DNA of 64,000 nucleotides from Chiloscyllium plagiosum. Taxonomy: Eukaryota. Positions within the stretch are counted from its first letter, which is position 1. Each line of letters begins with the position of its first letter. A model generated the notes under the pieces. It was not told the DNA's origin. It did no database searches and saw nothing but the letters and a program-made list of their open reading frames with translations. Below, one piece after another: positions 38,249 through 51,216 of this stretch. Location of the stretch: contig NC_057757.1 in assembly GCF_004010195.1 (NCBI RefSeq), positions 1,277,969-1,341,968 of the forward strand, read 5' to 3'. Position numbers and translations under genes: made by a program.

Positions 38249-39454
38249 GACTCATAGAGATGTACAGTACGGAAACAGACCCTTCGGTCTAATTCGTTCA
38301 TGCCGACCAGATATCCTAAACTATTCTAGTCTGATTTGCCAGCACTTGGCCCATATCTCTCTAAACCCTAACTATTCATATGCCCATCCAGATACCTTTT
38401 AAATGCTGTAATTGTACCAGACTCCACCACTTCCTCTGGCAGCTCATTATTTACATGCATCGCCCTCTGCATGAAAAGGTTGCCCCTCAGGTCCCTTTTA
38501 AAACTTGCCACTCTCACCTGAAACCTATGCCGTCTGGACTCCCCCTTGTCTATTTACCTTATCCTTGCCCCTCATGATTTTGTAAACCTCTATGAGGTCA
38601 CCCCTCAGCCTCTGACACTCCAGGGAAATAGCCTCCGCCTATTCAACCTCTCCCTATAGCTCAAACCCTCCAACCCTGGCAACATCCTTGTAAATCTTTT
38701 CTGGACCGTTTCAAGTTTCACAACATCCTTTTGATGGAAGGAGACCAGAATTGCACATAAATGTTCCAAAAGTGGCCTAACCAATGTCTTGTATGGCTGC
38801 ATCATGACCTCCCAACTCCTGTACTCAATACTCTGTCCAATAAAGGAAAGCATACCAAACGCCTTCTTCACTATCCTATCTACCTGCGACTCCGCTTTCA
38901 AGGAGCTATGAACCTGCACTCCAAGGTCTCTTTGTTCAGCAACACTCCCCAGCACCTTATCATTAAGTGTATAAATCCTGTCCTGATTTGCTTTTCCAAA
39001 ATGCACCATCTCACATTTATTTAAATTAAATTCCATCCTCTACCCCACTGATCAAGATTCCGTTGTAATCTGAGGTAACCTTCTTTGCTGTCCACTACAC
39101 CTCCAATTTTGGTGTCATTTGCAAACTTACTAACTATACCTCCAATGTCCACATCCAAATTATTTATACAAATGATGAAAAGTAGTGGATCAGCACCGAT
39201 CCTTGTGGCACTGCACTGGTCACAGGCCTCCAGTCTGAAAAGCAACCCTCCGCCACCACCCTCTGTCTTCTACCTTTGAGCCAGTTCTGTATCCAAATGG
39301 CTAGTTCTCTCTGTATTCCATGAGATCTAACCTTGCTAATCAGTCTCCCATGGGGAACCTTGTCAAATGCCTTACTGAAGTCCATATAGATCACGCCCAC
39401 CGCTCTGCCCTCATCAATCCTCTTCGTTCCTTCTTCAAAAAACTCAATCAAACT
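38249..39454 (-). mobile_element. CR1 LINE 3' fragment
   Basis: YMDFSKAFDKVPH, VPQGSVL, KFANDTK, tail; same family as 1-1203. Confidence 0.92.
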
Positions 39455-42400
39455 TAAATAGGAAAGTCGTGAGATCCACAAACCCGTAAGGTTTGAGATG
39501 GGGCTCAGAATCGGTGCAGAACAGCAAGAAAAGGTTTGAATTTTTGTAGTGCCTTTCAAGAACTTGGGATTTCCCCAAATGGATAATTGCTTTATTGATT
39601 GATCACCTTCATTGCCGTCTCGGTTGTTGGAGCTGTGATAGCCAGTTGGCATTTAGATCTCTTTCTCTCTCAAGCAGCTCTGAGACACTGACTAGGTAAT
39701 TTGTTTTTAGTGATATTGGACGAGGGATAAATATTGGTGAGGCAATTGGAAAGAAAGCCCTTTTTCTTCATTAACACACAAGGACAAACTGGGCCTTGCT
39801 TTAGCATCTTAAATGAAAGATGGCATCTGTGACAGTGTGGCACTCCCTCAGGTACTACACTTTGGGGAGCTGACTTCAGTTTTGAGCTCCAGGGCAGGAT
39901 TTTCTGAGGAATGGCAAACTCATACAGCTTGCCACTCCAGCCATTCTTTTTCATGGAAGGAAGGAGTTCTGCATTTCTGAGAGGGAGATTCTGACTGGGG
40001 CTCCTTCAGAACCACAGAGCTGTATTTCCATTCAGTCAGTTCTTTAGTGATGCATAACCTTCGGGGGAGGCATACCCTTGTGGGCTGCCCTTTTCTGAAA
40101 TCCAAAGGCCCTGACAGCCACCTAACATCTCCCATCAAAAGGTAACCACTTAAACTAAGTGTAGTGGTGCAGTGCCAAGTGTAGAATGCTGGATGGACAG
40201 GAATATGTACCAGGTGTGTAGCGTGCCAAGTGAGAAGGGGTTAGGGTGCCAGATGGCAATGCTACGAGGGTGCAAGGCGGCCAGGTGTGCGGTGGTGTTT
40301 AAAGTAGGTTGGGGTGCGTTGGCGAAATTGGGTCCTCATGGGAACTGGGAATGTGGTTGACAAGTTGGTTTGAGTTGTGCAGCAGGGTCTGGTCTGGCAG
40401 GGGTGGGGCACATTGGTTAGGGTCCAGCCTGGCATAATTGGTTGCAGTGTCACTCCAGCAGGCGTGAAAGGGTGGGTCAGATGCAGAGATGGGTAAGGGA
40501 GGAATGGGTTAGATGGCCAGGAAAGCAGGGTCAGTTCAGGATCTGGGGGGCAGTGTAAGTGGTCTTGGGGAGGTGTAGTTGGGGGGGTACAAGGTACATA
40601 ACGGTACATAGTTAGGAGTTGACTGTATATTTGATAGACTAACACTTCCTGAATAACTATTTTACTTAATTTCATTGGAGTCCCCCAAATACTTCAATTT
40701 AAATGGAGAATGTTGGAGTATCCCAGATGTAGGAGGATTGCCCAGTAGTCCCCATGTGCAACTCCTATGTACAGTGCAAGAATGACTGGCCAGTGGAAAA
40801 TCCAAGTCTAAATCTCTAAACGTGACCTGCTAACAGTAACTATGTTTCAGAAATTGATTCACTCATTATGAAGAAGCTTAAGATGTCAGAGATGCCACAA
40901 AATACAGTTAATTATTCATTCCTCCTGGTCTCTCACAGACCCAGACACCTTGTCACAACGTCCATCATTGTTTATCAATCCCTGCTTCCCATCTTTCGAT
41001 TATTGTACCTTATCTGGTGTGTCAGTTACAAAAACCTCCTCCTATTTTTCCAAATTCCTTTATTTGTGCGCCATTGTTAATTTAAATCCCTATTTACAAT
41101 TTAACATTCTGCTATTATTGATGGTTCCCCAGATGTTTTAGTTCATTTGTTTCAAATACCTTTAAACTCATTAATCAGATCACCACATATTCTGCAGACG
41201 ACAAGCAAACCTTGTACCTCTCCAAATTCACACTCTTCATTGTACTTCCCTCATTTTGCATCTGGGGACAACCCCTCTCGATTTCCAATGGCTCTTTGAT
41301 GTCCTGTTAGTTTTCTGTGAGAGTTTTATGTATCATGTCATTTATGAGGTTTCATTTTACTAATTTTGCCCTGCATCTACTCCATGAGAGAGTGCGATTA
41401 TCATTTTGGGAATCTTGAGGACCAGCCGGATACCTGGCCACGGTACAGTGACATATGCTTATTGCTTGCTTTCTCTTTCCTGAAGTGTCAACAATCACTC
41501 ATTTCTTATCTGCTCGTGCTGCTCTTGCACTTTCAGAATGAGTTATCCTCATCTTCAATGATCTGTAACTTGTAAAATGAAGGAAGGAGATTATGTGGCT
41601 GAGAGGAAATAATATTAGTTAGGTTAAAAACATATGGGAGGGCAAGTTTTATTGTTCCCTTCTCCACATGCCGACAGCTCAGTAATGAAACTGGAACACA
41701 GCTTGCAACTAGAAGTCCCTGTTTGGAGTGTCAATTTGCAGAGGATTACGCTGTATTGCATGTGGGATCACGCTGTATTGCAAGTGACTCTACTTCAGAA
41801 CTTTTATTGGTTGTTAAGTGCATTGCAAGGTGCCAAGGTGATATATAAATGCCGTTCCTATTGGATTGGTTTTACATCCGACAGGGGTAGTGGGGGGGAG
41901 GAAGACTGAATTGGTGTGGGATTAGTTCATCTCTTTTGTGGGTTTCTCTGGCCCCTTTGTTCATGGTCTTTTGGTGCATCATCCTCCTCTGTCGAGGTGC
42001 ATGTGGCTCTTGTCCTGTTCCATTGCAACATGTTACCAACTTTGGCAAGATGCATTTCTGGAAGCTCTATCAGATGATCTCCTCCAGGCTGTCCCATAGT
42101 CCTACCTCTTGGTCACACAACACTCCCACTTTGCAGTGCCTTGCTTATTTGTGGCTAATCAGAAAGCGAAGCAAGTGTTCATGACCTGGTTGGATGGTTT
42201 TCTTATTCTCAAATAGCTTCTATACCTGCCCATCTCCGATATCTTTACAGCCAAAAACTTCAAAGAATTGTTTCTTAAAGAACATTTTCAGAACGCTGTG
42301 TTGATTTTCTTTCAGTGATCTTGCAGGGTGTATTTCCATTTTCCTTCTCATCATCCTATTGTGGAAACAGGAAGTTGGGATGAAGAGAGAGAGTTCCAAG

Positions 42401-42764
42401 ATTGAGTAGTCATTCTGATCTACAAGAACAGGGAAGGTTGTGCCATTTGGAAGTTGTGTTATCAGTAGTCATTGTCATGTTTATTCTGAACTTACACATT
42501 TTAATGGAGGCTGGATAGGGAGCACCGACAGCAACGCAGAGTCTGTTCATTCGGAAGATTTTCTCCAGCAATGTAACACAATTCTGCTGTGAGAGTGATA
42601 AAGAAAGGAAGTGCTTGTATTCCCCCACTATCTATCACCACCTCAGGATGTTCCAAAGCAGCTTACAGCTGATGAAATACCTTTTGAAGTGGCGTTATTG
42701 ATCTAATGCCGGAAATGTGCTGGCTTATTTGCATCAACTTGACAATTATACCAGATCATAATTA

Positions 42765-42923
42765 CAGAGGAATCACAATTATCCGAATATTGGATTATCT
42801 GGCAAGATCGCAAGATCCCGATGTTTGGCTGAACTGTGTTATCCAGCATTCGATTGTCCGAAATTCGATTATCCGAACGAAATACTCCCCACCAGTGTCC
42901 TTCGGACGGTTGGGGTTCCTCTG
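42765..42923. mobile_element. Tc1/mariner-pogo-type MITE (~160 bp)
   Basis: Imperfect TIRs cagaggaatcacaattatccgaa / reverse complement cagaggaaccccaaccgtccgaa; TA on the left, TG on the right. Confidence 0.65.
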
Positions 42924-43324
42924 TGATGGGTTTTATAATGGTTGAGGGATACGTGTTGAGAGGAGAACTCCTTACTTCTCCATAATAACACAGTAGATTC
43001 TTTCACCATCTACCACGCAGGGCAGCGTAGCATCTCATCCAAAAAGGGGAATTCCCTCACTCCCTTTGTATTGCAGTGACATGTGAACCTGTAAACAAGT
43101 CAACTTCCAACACAGAGGCAAGCGTGTCACTTATTACGGCATTTCTTGAAGCCTAAAACATGGGTGATATAGAGGCCTGTGAGGAGATTTAAAGTGTAGA
43201 AGGTAACATTCGGCCCTTAGCATCTCTGCTGGCTGTTTCATAGAGTCATTGAGATCCAGACCCACTACTTTGTTGCTCCATGGATAGTCTTGTATGTTCC
43301 TCTTTGACCTTGATCCACCCTCGG

Positions 43325-43600
43325 GTCGCGGTATGTGTGGAGCTTGCATTTTCTTCCAGTGTCTACGTGGGTTTACTCTGAGTGCTCCGGTTTCCTCCCA
43401 CAGTCTAAAGGTATGCAGGTTAGGGTGGATTGGCCGTGTTAAATTACCCCGTAGTGCCCAGGAATGTGCAGACTAGGAGGGTTACCCGTGGGAAATGCAG
43501 GATTACAGGGATCAGATAGGGGGTTAGGTCTAGGTGGGATGCTCTTTGGAGGAGTTGGTGTGGATTCAATGGGCCGAATGGCCTGCTTCCACACTGAAGG
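43325..43600 (+). mobile_element. HE1/V-SINE, 5'-truncated
   Basis: V-domain-like core and tail, no tRNA head. Confidence 0.75.
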
Positions 43601-46537
43601 ATTCTTTGATCTTCCCCTTAAAAGGATACGACAACCTTCCTCTACTATTTCCTGTTGCAAAGCATTTCCCATTCTAGTAACAGTACATGAAAACATTCTT
43701 CCAATCTCACTTGTGTCTGAGGTTATTTTTCATTGTTGATCCCTTTCCACTGATACACCAATGGAACTAAAAGCTTAACAATTAAAAAAATAAACTAACT
43801 TACATCTCTTATACTTCTCTGCTTTATGTATCTCCAATTGCACCAGTCGAATAGAGTCATAGACTCGTAGAGAATTAGGAATTTTGCTGTTTTAGCATCA
43901 TACTAGTTTGCTTCCCAGATATACAGTGTATTTAAAGAAATACAACTGTTTGCAAGGTAATTTGCCTCCAGGATACGCTTGGGCGTCAACCAATTTTAGA
44001 CACTGGAATTTTGGTTTCTACTGTAAATCATGTATGCCATAAATGAAATAAGTTGCTCTACAGCATATTGTTCTTTTGGCTTCTTTCATTTGTTAAGAAT
44101 GTTAAGAATGTTATTAATCATACTTACACACACAAAATGTGCTACAATTTATTTTTGTCGTAATTTTAACGTGTTCAATTTTTCCAAGTTAAGTTGATGA
44201 CAGCAGAACCAATGTGTCCAGTTGACAGACAAACACCTTACGGGTTTGGGTTTGTTAATGTTTGACGGACTTATTTTTAAACTCTGGCGTTCCGTGAGGG
44301 TGTTGCTGAATCTACCTGGTTCACTGCAAGTTCATAGAGTGACACTGAGAAAAGTTTTAATAAAGTCACATGATAAGACTTGGAATAAGAGCTGGGGATT
44401 GTTCCCCATGTGGTAAAGAAGATGTAAGGTAGATTTGATAGAGGTATTCAAAGTTACGAAGGCTTTCGACAGAGTGGGAGAAAACGTTTTCACTGAGAGG
44501 AAGGTCAGTATCCAGAGCAATGAATTTAAAGGAAGACAAATTTGTTCCATTTGTGGACTAAGTTGGATGACCTGGAAGTGCAGTTTGAAAGGGCAGTGGA
44601 AGTAGATTCACTAGCAACTTTCAAAGAGGTATTACATAAATACTTAAAAAGAAAAAAAAAATGTATAGAACAGAAGCAAAAGAACAGGGGTGGAATAAAT
44701 TTAATCACTTTTTCGAAATAACTTAATTAGACACGATGGGCTGAATGGCCTCCATTTGTGCTCTTAAGATTCTATCATTCAGTAAATTACTTACGAGCAG
44801 CAAGCTATTGATATGTTTACTTTGGCATTAGAACAATTCCTGGGTCACAGGAGTATTTTGGTTGCCACTTTCTCAATGATCACTCACTCAAACGTTTAAG
44901 GTGGCTCAATATGTCAGAAAACTATGTTTCAACAGGTCTCACAAACCCCACCACAGGTGTCTCCCAGCTAAATGCCAAAGGACAGCAATTGTACAGAACA
45001 TATAAGGAAATCAAGCCATTAAGAAACATTCCAGTGGGAAATTTGCGTTTTCCAAACCAGGCATGTTTTGACTCTGCGTGGTAGCTGCAGCATTTGGTGT
45101 CCCAAGTGATTCAATTGGTCCGATTGTACATCAACTAATTTCATCTTGAACCCTGACTGACATGTGAGAGTGACAGAGAGAGACAGGGCCTGACACTGAC
45201 TGACACAGAACTACACAATGCAGGCAGTAGGTAGGGGCAGGTAACACACGTGCACTCTCAATTTTGGAAGGGTAGAATTTGGTGCCACAAACCACACTGA
45301 TAGAAGTTAGCTATGTGTGAAACTTCATAAGCAGCAAAGCAACTTCGACTTAAGACGACTGGTTAAAGGTCAAACGTCAAACTATTCTGAGAAGCAGCTC
45401 ATTCCCTCAGGGTCTAAACTTAGTTTGGGACATATTTCAATGTTTCAGGTAAATGTGCCACAGAAATGTTTTGATATATTGCTTTCTGAAGTAGCTAAAA
45501 AAGCAATTTACAAAATCAAATAGCTTGCTTTCAGTTAAGTGTTTGAGCAAATTTTACACAGATTGAAAAGATTAACTGCAGCGCGTTTAGCAGGAGTTTC
45601 TTTGGTGGTTTGATTCTGACTCACTTTGTTTTTCTACACCTTGAGATCATCCCTGTTGTAACTCACTTCCTGCTGGGTAACTCGCTGAGCAAGACTGAGG
45701 AACCATCCTCAAGCCAAGGTCCACGGTAGATCATCAAGGTTCTCCTTTCTTCCTTTGACTCTCTACTGCCTTCCTCACTCCAATATACTACTTCCAACCA
45801 GGAAAGTGAATCTAGTGCCAGGCCAGTGCTGGAATTGCCCTCTGGGATAGGACAAAAGACTGATGTTCCCCCTGATATCACAATCAGGGAGTGGCTACCC
45901 AGACTCCCAACCGCAAGGCCCAATTATCTCAGTGAATGGTTTTCCTTGGATCTTCTGCTCACATTACAGCAGTGCTGAGGAGACAATTCTCAATGGCCTT
46001 CCACAGATCACAAGAAAGCACTCCATCTGGGAGTTTGATTTAAAACTGATCGGTTAGGCCCAAGAGGTTCCAGTATAGCCAGTGACTGACTTGACTAGAG
46101 AGTGGAGACCAGTCTAGTGGAAGGAAGGCTATTGAGGAGAGGCTGAGTGTTGCAGCTAGGAGTGCAGAATTGCAAAAGAAAATGTAGATCTTTAGTTTTG
46201 ACTGCCCTTTGAAGATCAGTGAGGTACGGCCAATGCACTCAAGGCCTCATCAGATCATAAAAGCTGCCTGAAAGGGATGGGGAAATTTCACTGAAATTAC
46301 ATATTTGCCTTTTTCAGAAGGTAATCAGAAACAATCCCAAAAGCTTTTGGAAAACTCAGACGAGCAGGCCTTAGAACATAGAACAGTACAGGCCCTTCGG
46401 CCCATGATGTTGTGCCAAGCATTTATCTTAATCTAAGATCAACCTAACCTACACACATCTCAATTTACTGCCATCTATGTGTTTGTCCAGCAGTTGCTTA
46501 AATGTCCCTAATGTTTCTTGACTCTAAACTCATAAAG

Positions 46538-47678
46538 GAGGAAGTGAGGACTGCAGATGCTGGATATCAGAGCTGAAAAATGTGTTGCTGGAAAAGCGCA
46601 ACAGGTCAGGCATCATCCAAGGAGCAGCAGAATTGACGTTTCAGGCATAAACCCTTCTTCAGGAATGAGGAGGGTGTGCCAAGCAGGCTAAGATAAAAGG
46701 TAGGGAGGAGGGACTTGGGGGAGGGGCGTTGAGAATGCGATAGGTGGAAGGAGGTTAAGGTGAGAGTGATAGGCCGGAGAGGGGGTGGGAGCAGAGAGGT
46801 CGGAAGATAAGGTGCTCTTCCTCCAGGCGTCGTATTGCCATGGTCTGGCCATGGACCCCACCACCAAGGATATATTTCCCTCCCCTCCCCTATCAGCGTT
46901 CCGGAAAGACCACTCCCTCCGCGACTCCCTCATCAGGTCCACATCTACCACCAACCCAATCTCCACTCCCGGCACCTTCCCCTGCAACCGCAAGAAATGC
47001 AAAACTTGTGCCCACACCTCCCTCCAAGGCCCCAAGGGATCCTTCCATATCCATCACAAATTCACCTGCACCTCCACACACTGCATTTACTGCATCCGCT
47101 GCACCCGATGTGGCCTCCTCTATATTGGGGAGACAGGCCGCCTACTTGCGGAACGTTTCAGAGAACACCTCTGGGACACCCGGCCCAACCAACCCAATTG
47201 CTCCGTGGCTGAACACTTGAACTCCCCCTCCCACTCCGCCAAGGACATGCAGGTCCTTGGCCTCCTCCATCGCCAGACCATGGCAACACGACGCCTGGAA
47301 GAAGAGTACCTCATCTTCCACCTAGGAACCCTCCAACCACAAGGGATGAATGAAGATTTCTCCAGTTTTCTCATCTCCCCTCCCCCCACCTTATCTCAGT
47401 CCCAACCCTCGGACTCAGCACCGCCCTCTTGACCTGCAATCTTCTTCCCGACCTCTCCGCCCCCACCCCCTCTCTGGCCTATCACCCTCATCTTGACCTC
47501 CTTCCACCTATCACATTCCCAACGCCCCTCCCCCAAGTCCCTCCTCCCTACCTTTTATCTTAGCCTGCTTGGCACACCCTCCTCATTCCTGAAGAAGGGC
47601 TTATGCCCGAAATGTCGATTCTCCTGCTCCTTGGATGCTGCCTGACCTGCTGCGCTTTTCCAGCAACACATTTTTCAG
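46538..47678 (+). mobile_element. Penelope-like element: GIY-YIG endonuclease fragment flanked by inverted terminal repeats
   Basis: C..C..C..FTCTSTHCIYCIRCTRCGLLYIGETGRLLAERFREH..VAEH; TSD ctctaaactcataaag at 46522-46537 and 47679-47694; hammerhead cores at ~46633-46666 (-) and ~47586-47620 (+). Confidence 0.93.
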
Positions 47679-47973
47679 CTCTAAACTCATAAAGCCTTAC
47701 AGCTTTAAATTTTGTGTTTGCTTATTATCTTGTTCCTCGTTCTAAAGTGGGGCGATAGTTGTATAAAGAGCTCCCCACCTTCCTCTACCAACTCAACTCA
47801 CCATCAGACCAAGGCTAAAGAATGAACTGAGTCCCGAATTAACCCCTCCCCATCTGTAATTCGAGTATCACTGATTCTGAATCTTTTCCAAACTCCTAAT
47901 AAACAGTTTCTCTTTTTCAGTGTTAATCATGCAATGCCTTTCTGATGTCAGGGCAGACATTAATGCATCTTGG

Positions 47974-48071
47974 TTAGTTGAGAAAGAAATAGAGAAGGGT
48001 CAATAAACCAACACAGAAACCATTCCCTTTCAAACTAGGTGTTCTGTTGCTAGAAAGTTCTCCATCACAGG
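47974..48071 (-). CDS. ACHE: Acetylcholinesterase H terminal exon (GPI-anchor signal, 32 aa); AChE-H = 588 aa
   Basis: ctttttgttttag | ACDGELSSNRTPSLKGNGFCVGLLTLLYFFLN*; the ACDGELSS start matches the Torpedo H peptide; hydrophobic tail; phase 1. Confidence 0.93.
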
Positions 48072-48898
48072 CTAAAACAAAAAGGGAACAATTATTAAAT
48101 TAACTCAAAATATAAACAAAAGCAAAATTATATAGTTAGGAGAAATAAATTAAAAAATTTAAGTTTAAAGGAATGTCTTCTCATTAATCAGCTGTCTCTT
48201 TTTCCTCCAAATTCCAAGCCCCTATCCCACAAAAGGTAGTTGCCAAGGGCAACCCTCACTTCCTTCTCTCTTTTAGCCTAACATGTTGTTATGATCTGCC
48301 TGAAAAATTAGTAAAAGCAGGTCCAATTGGAAATTTCAAAAGGGAATCGATTATTATTTGGAATAAAAAAATACTGGACCATGGAGAGACAGTAGCGCAG
48401 GTTGGGATTAATTAGAGTTCTTTCAAAGAATCAGCACAGACTGATGGGCTACATGGTCTTCTGTGCTGTGCTATCGTCCTACTTTCAAATGGTGCATGAG
48501 CTGGAAACACCCAACTCCAAAGCTCTGAGGTAAATCTGGACTCCTGAATCCCATTATAGTAAATATCAGGCTCCTTCCACATCATTCACTAGCATACACA
48601 GGAATGCATTACCCACTGTATAGATACACAGGTTCTAGTGGTAATCATCCTACACAGTGTGGAACTGAGTCCCATTGGAAGGTCCCAGACTTGGATCCCG
48701 GACTGTGCTGAGTGAGAGCTGGGCCAATGTGGGCACATGTCATTACTGAATTAAACGGTAACTTACTCTTGTCAGAGAGGGATAAAATTGAATTTTCCTT
48801 GCCCACTGCTGCCTGTTTGAACACAAGGGGATCACTGAGCTTGTAGAGATCGCCCATGACAGAGGCAGGCAGGCAAGGTACAAAACCAGGCTCATTCA

Positions 48899-49195
<297 letters not shown>

Positions 49196-49587
49196 TCAGA
49201 TACTTATTTGATGAACCTTTAGCTATTGTGCTTCAGACATAAGTACCTAAGATTAGGAGGTCACTAAGCTCTGTGAACTCGTTCCATCATTCTAATAGAT
49301 TGTGGGTAATCAGTATGCCAACTCCATTTTCAACCTTTTTGCTTCATATCACTCAGTATCGCCTCAACTAAAATCTGACAATCTCTGTCTTGAAAGCTGT
49401 AATTGATCTCCCCGCACACATGGCCATTTAAGATAAAGGGTTCTGGATTACAATCTCTGCTTGTGGGAAATGCTTCATTTATAAATGGCTTAGATCTAAC
49501 TTTAAGGTTGTGGAAAAAGCCTTGTTCTCCGCTCACAGGATCAAAGGGAATAGTTCCTCTCAGTTCGCCTTATTGAATAATATTATT

Positions 49588-49810
49588 GTTGAAACTTTAT
49601 TGCTGGTACAGCACAGCAGGTCAGGCAGCATCCAGGGAACAGGAGATTTGACGTTTCGGGCACAGGCCCTTCTTCAGGAATTTTCCTGAAGAAGGGCCTG
49701 TGCCCGAAACGTCGAATCTCCTGTTCCCTGGATGCTGCCTGACCTGCTGTGCTGTTCCAGCAATAAAGTTTCAACTTTGATCTCCAGCATCTGCAGACCT
49801 CACTTTCTCC
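49588..49810. mobile_element. Fold-back Penelope-terminus mini-element (93-bp inverted arms) with 14-bp TSD
   Basis: Arms 49588-49680 and 49683-49775; TSD tgaataatattatt at 49574-49587 and 49811-49824. Confidence 0.92.
49683..49716 (+). ncRNA. Minimal type-I hammerhead ribozyme motif (GUC triplet)
   Basis: uuc-CUGAAGA-A-GGGC-cugu-GCCC-GAAA-CGUC-gaa; predicted cleavage after 49713. Confidence 0.7.
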
Positions 49811-51216
49811 TGAATAATATTATTGTCTTGGATAATCTTTGGGCAATACAAGCCAAGAAGAGGCAATTTGATCTTATAACTTATCCATCAGGGCAATATA
49901 AAATGGCTTGGGTTTGTTCCAATTATGTACATGTAGAGATTCCATCTCAGTCTGTGAACTAATTGTTAATATTAACAGTCTGAGAGGAATTTCTAATGTT
50001 AACTGTGAAAGAATAGTTACATCTTGGTGGGACATACTGCTCCTCGGATGCTGCCTGAACTGCTGTGCTTTTCCAGCACCTCTAATCCAGAGCCTTGATG
50101 GAACATAGACCCATTTTCAACTTGTAAGTCTACATCTTTTTAATCTTTCTTTTGATTGTCGACTGAGGTAGGAAAGAACTATTTTAAAAGTCAAGGACTG
50201 GGAAGGAAAAATTACCGCATTTTTCAAAATAGGTTACTGGAACTGATTGTGAGTTGTGACCTTATATTCTTCCTTCAACGAATATTGCTGAAACAAATTG
50301 GTAGGAGGAGACATAAGATGCAATGGCACCTGGATGTATGTGCAGAGTAAGATTCGTCCAGCAACAAATTGCTGATTGGTTTGTGCAGTTGTGATCAGTG
50401 GTAGATGCTGGAAGTCATCTGCCTGATGACTCTCTGATTGGCTTCTGGGCAAGTAAACAGCTTGAGTGTTTATGACTGAGGGACAGAAGCCACTGGACTT
50501 GGATCTAGAAGGAGAAAGGCAGCAGATACATGGGAACACCATCCCCTGCAAGTTTCCATCCAAGCCACCCACCATCCTGCCTTGAAAATATATCACCATT
50601 CCTTCAATGTTGCTGGATCAACATCTGGGAATTCCCTCCCCAGCATCATTGTTGGTCAACCTACAGAAAACGCACTGCAGCAGTTCAAGAAGGCAGCTCA
50701 TCCCCACCTTTTCAAGGGGCAACTAGGGACAAGCAAGAAATGCTGGCCCAGCCAGCAATACTGACATTCCATAAATGAATTTAAAAAGGACTTCTGAAGG
50801 AGAAGATCCTGCGACTCTTATCTCTCTGCAGTAAAAGTAACTGAAGCTTGAGAAATGCCAGTTAGATTCCCCTTCCTGTTGTCTTTCACCAGTAGCTAAG
50901 AGATTTTATACACTGTCAGTTACCCTTTGCATTCTGTGAAGAACTGGAGAAAAAAATCTGGAGAAGGAGATTGTAGGTCGTCTTGGGAAGCAAAAGGAAC
51001 ATCTCATCAATTCTGTGCTATTGTGTTCCTCAGTGTTTATTCCTCCACCAGTAAACCAATATCGTTTGTTTGTGTCTGTATGTTTTTGTGTTAGGGTTTA
51101 AAAAGTGGGTTAGAATTTCAATTGTCATATGTTGAGCGCTCATAATTTCATTTATCTGAGGCTAAAAGTTATTTGTAATAAATTGCAGTTCTTGTAAAGT
51201 ACACAAACCTGGTCTA

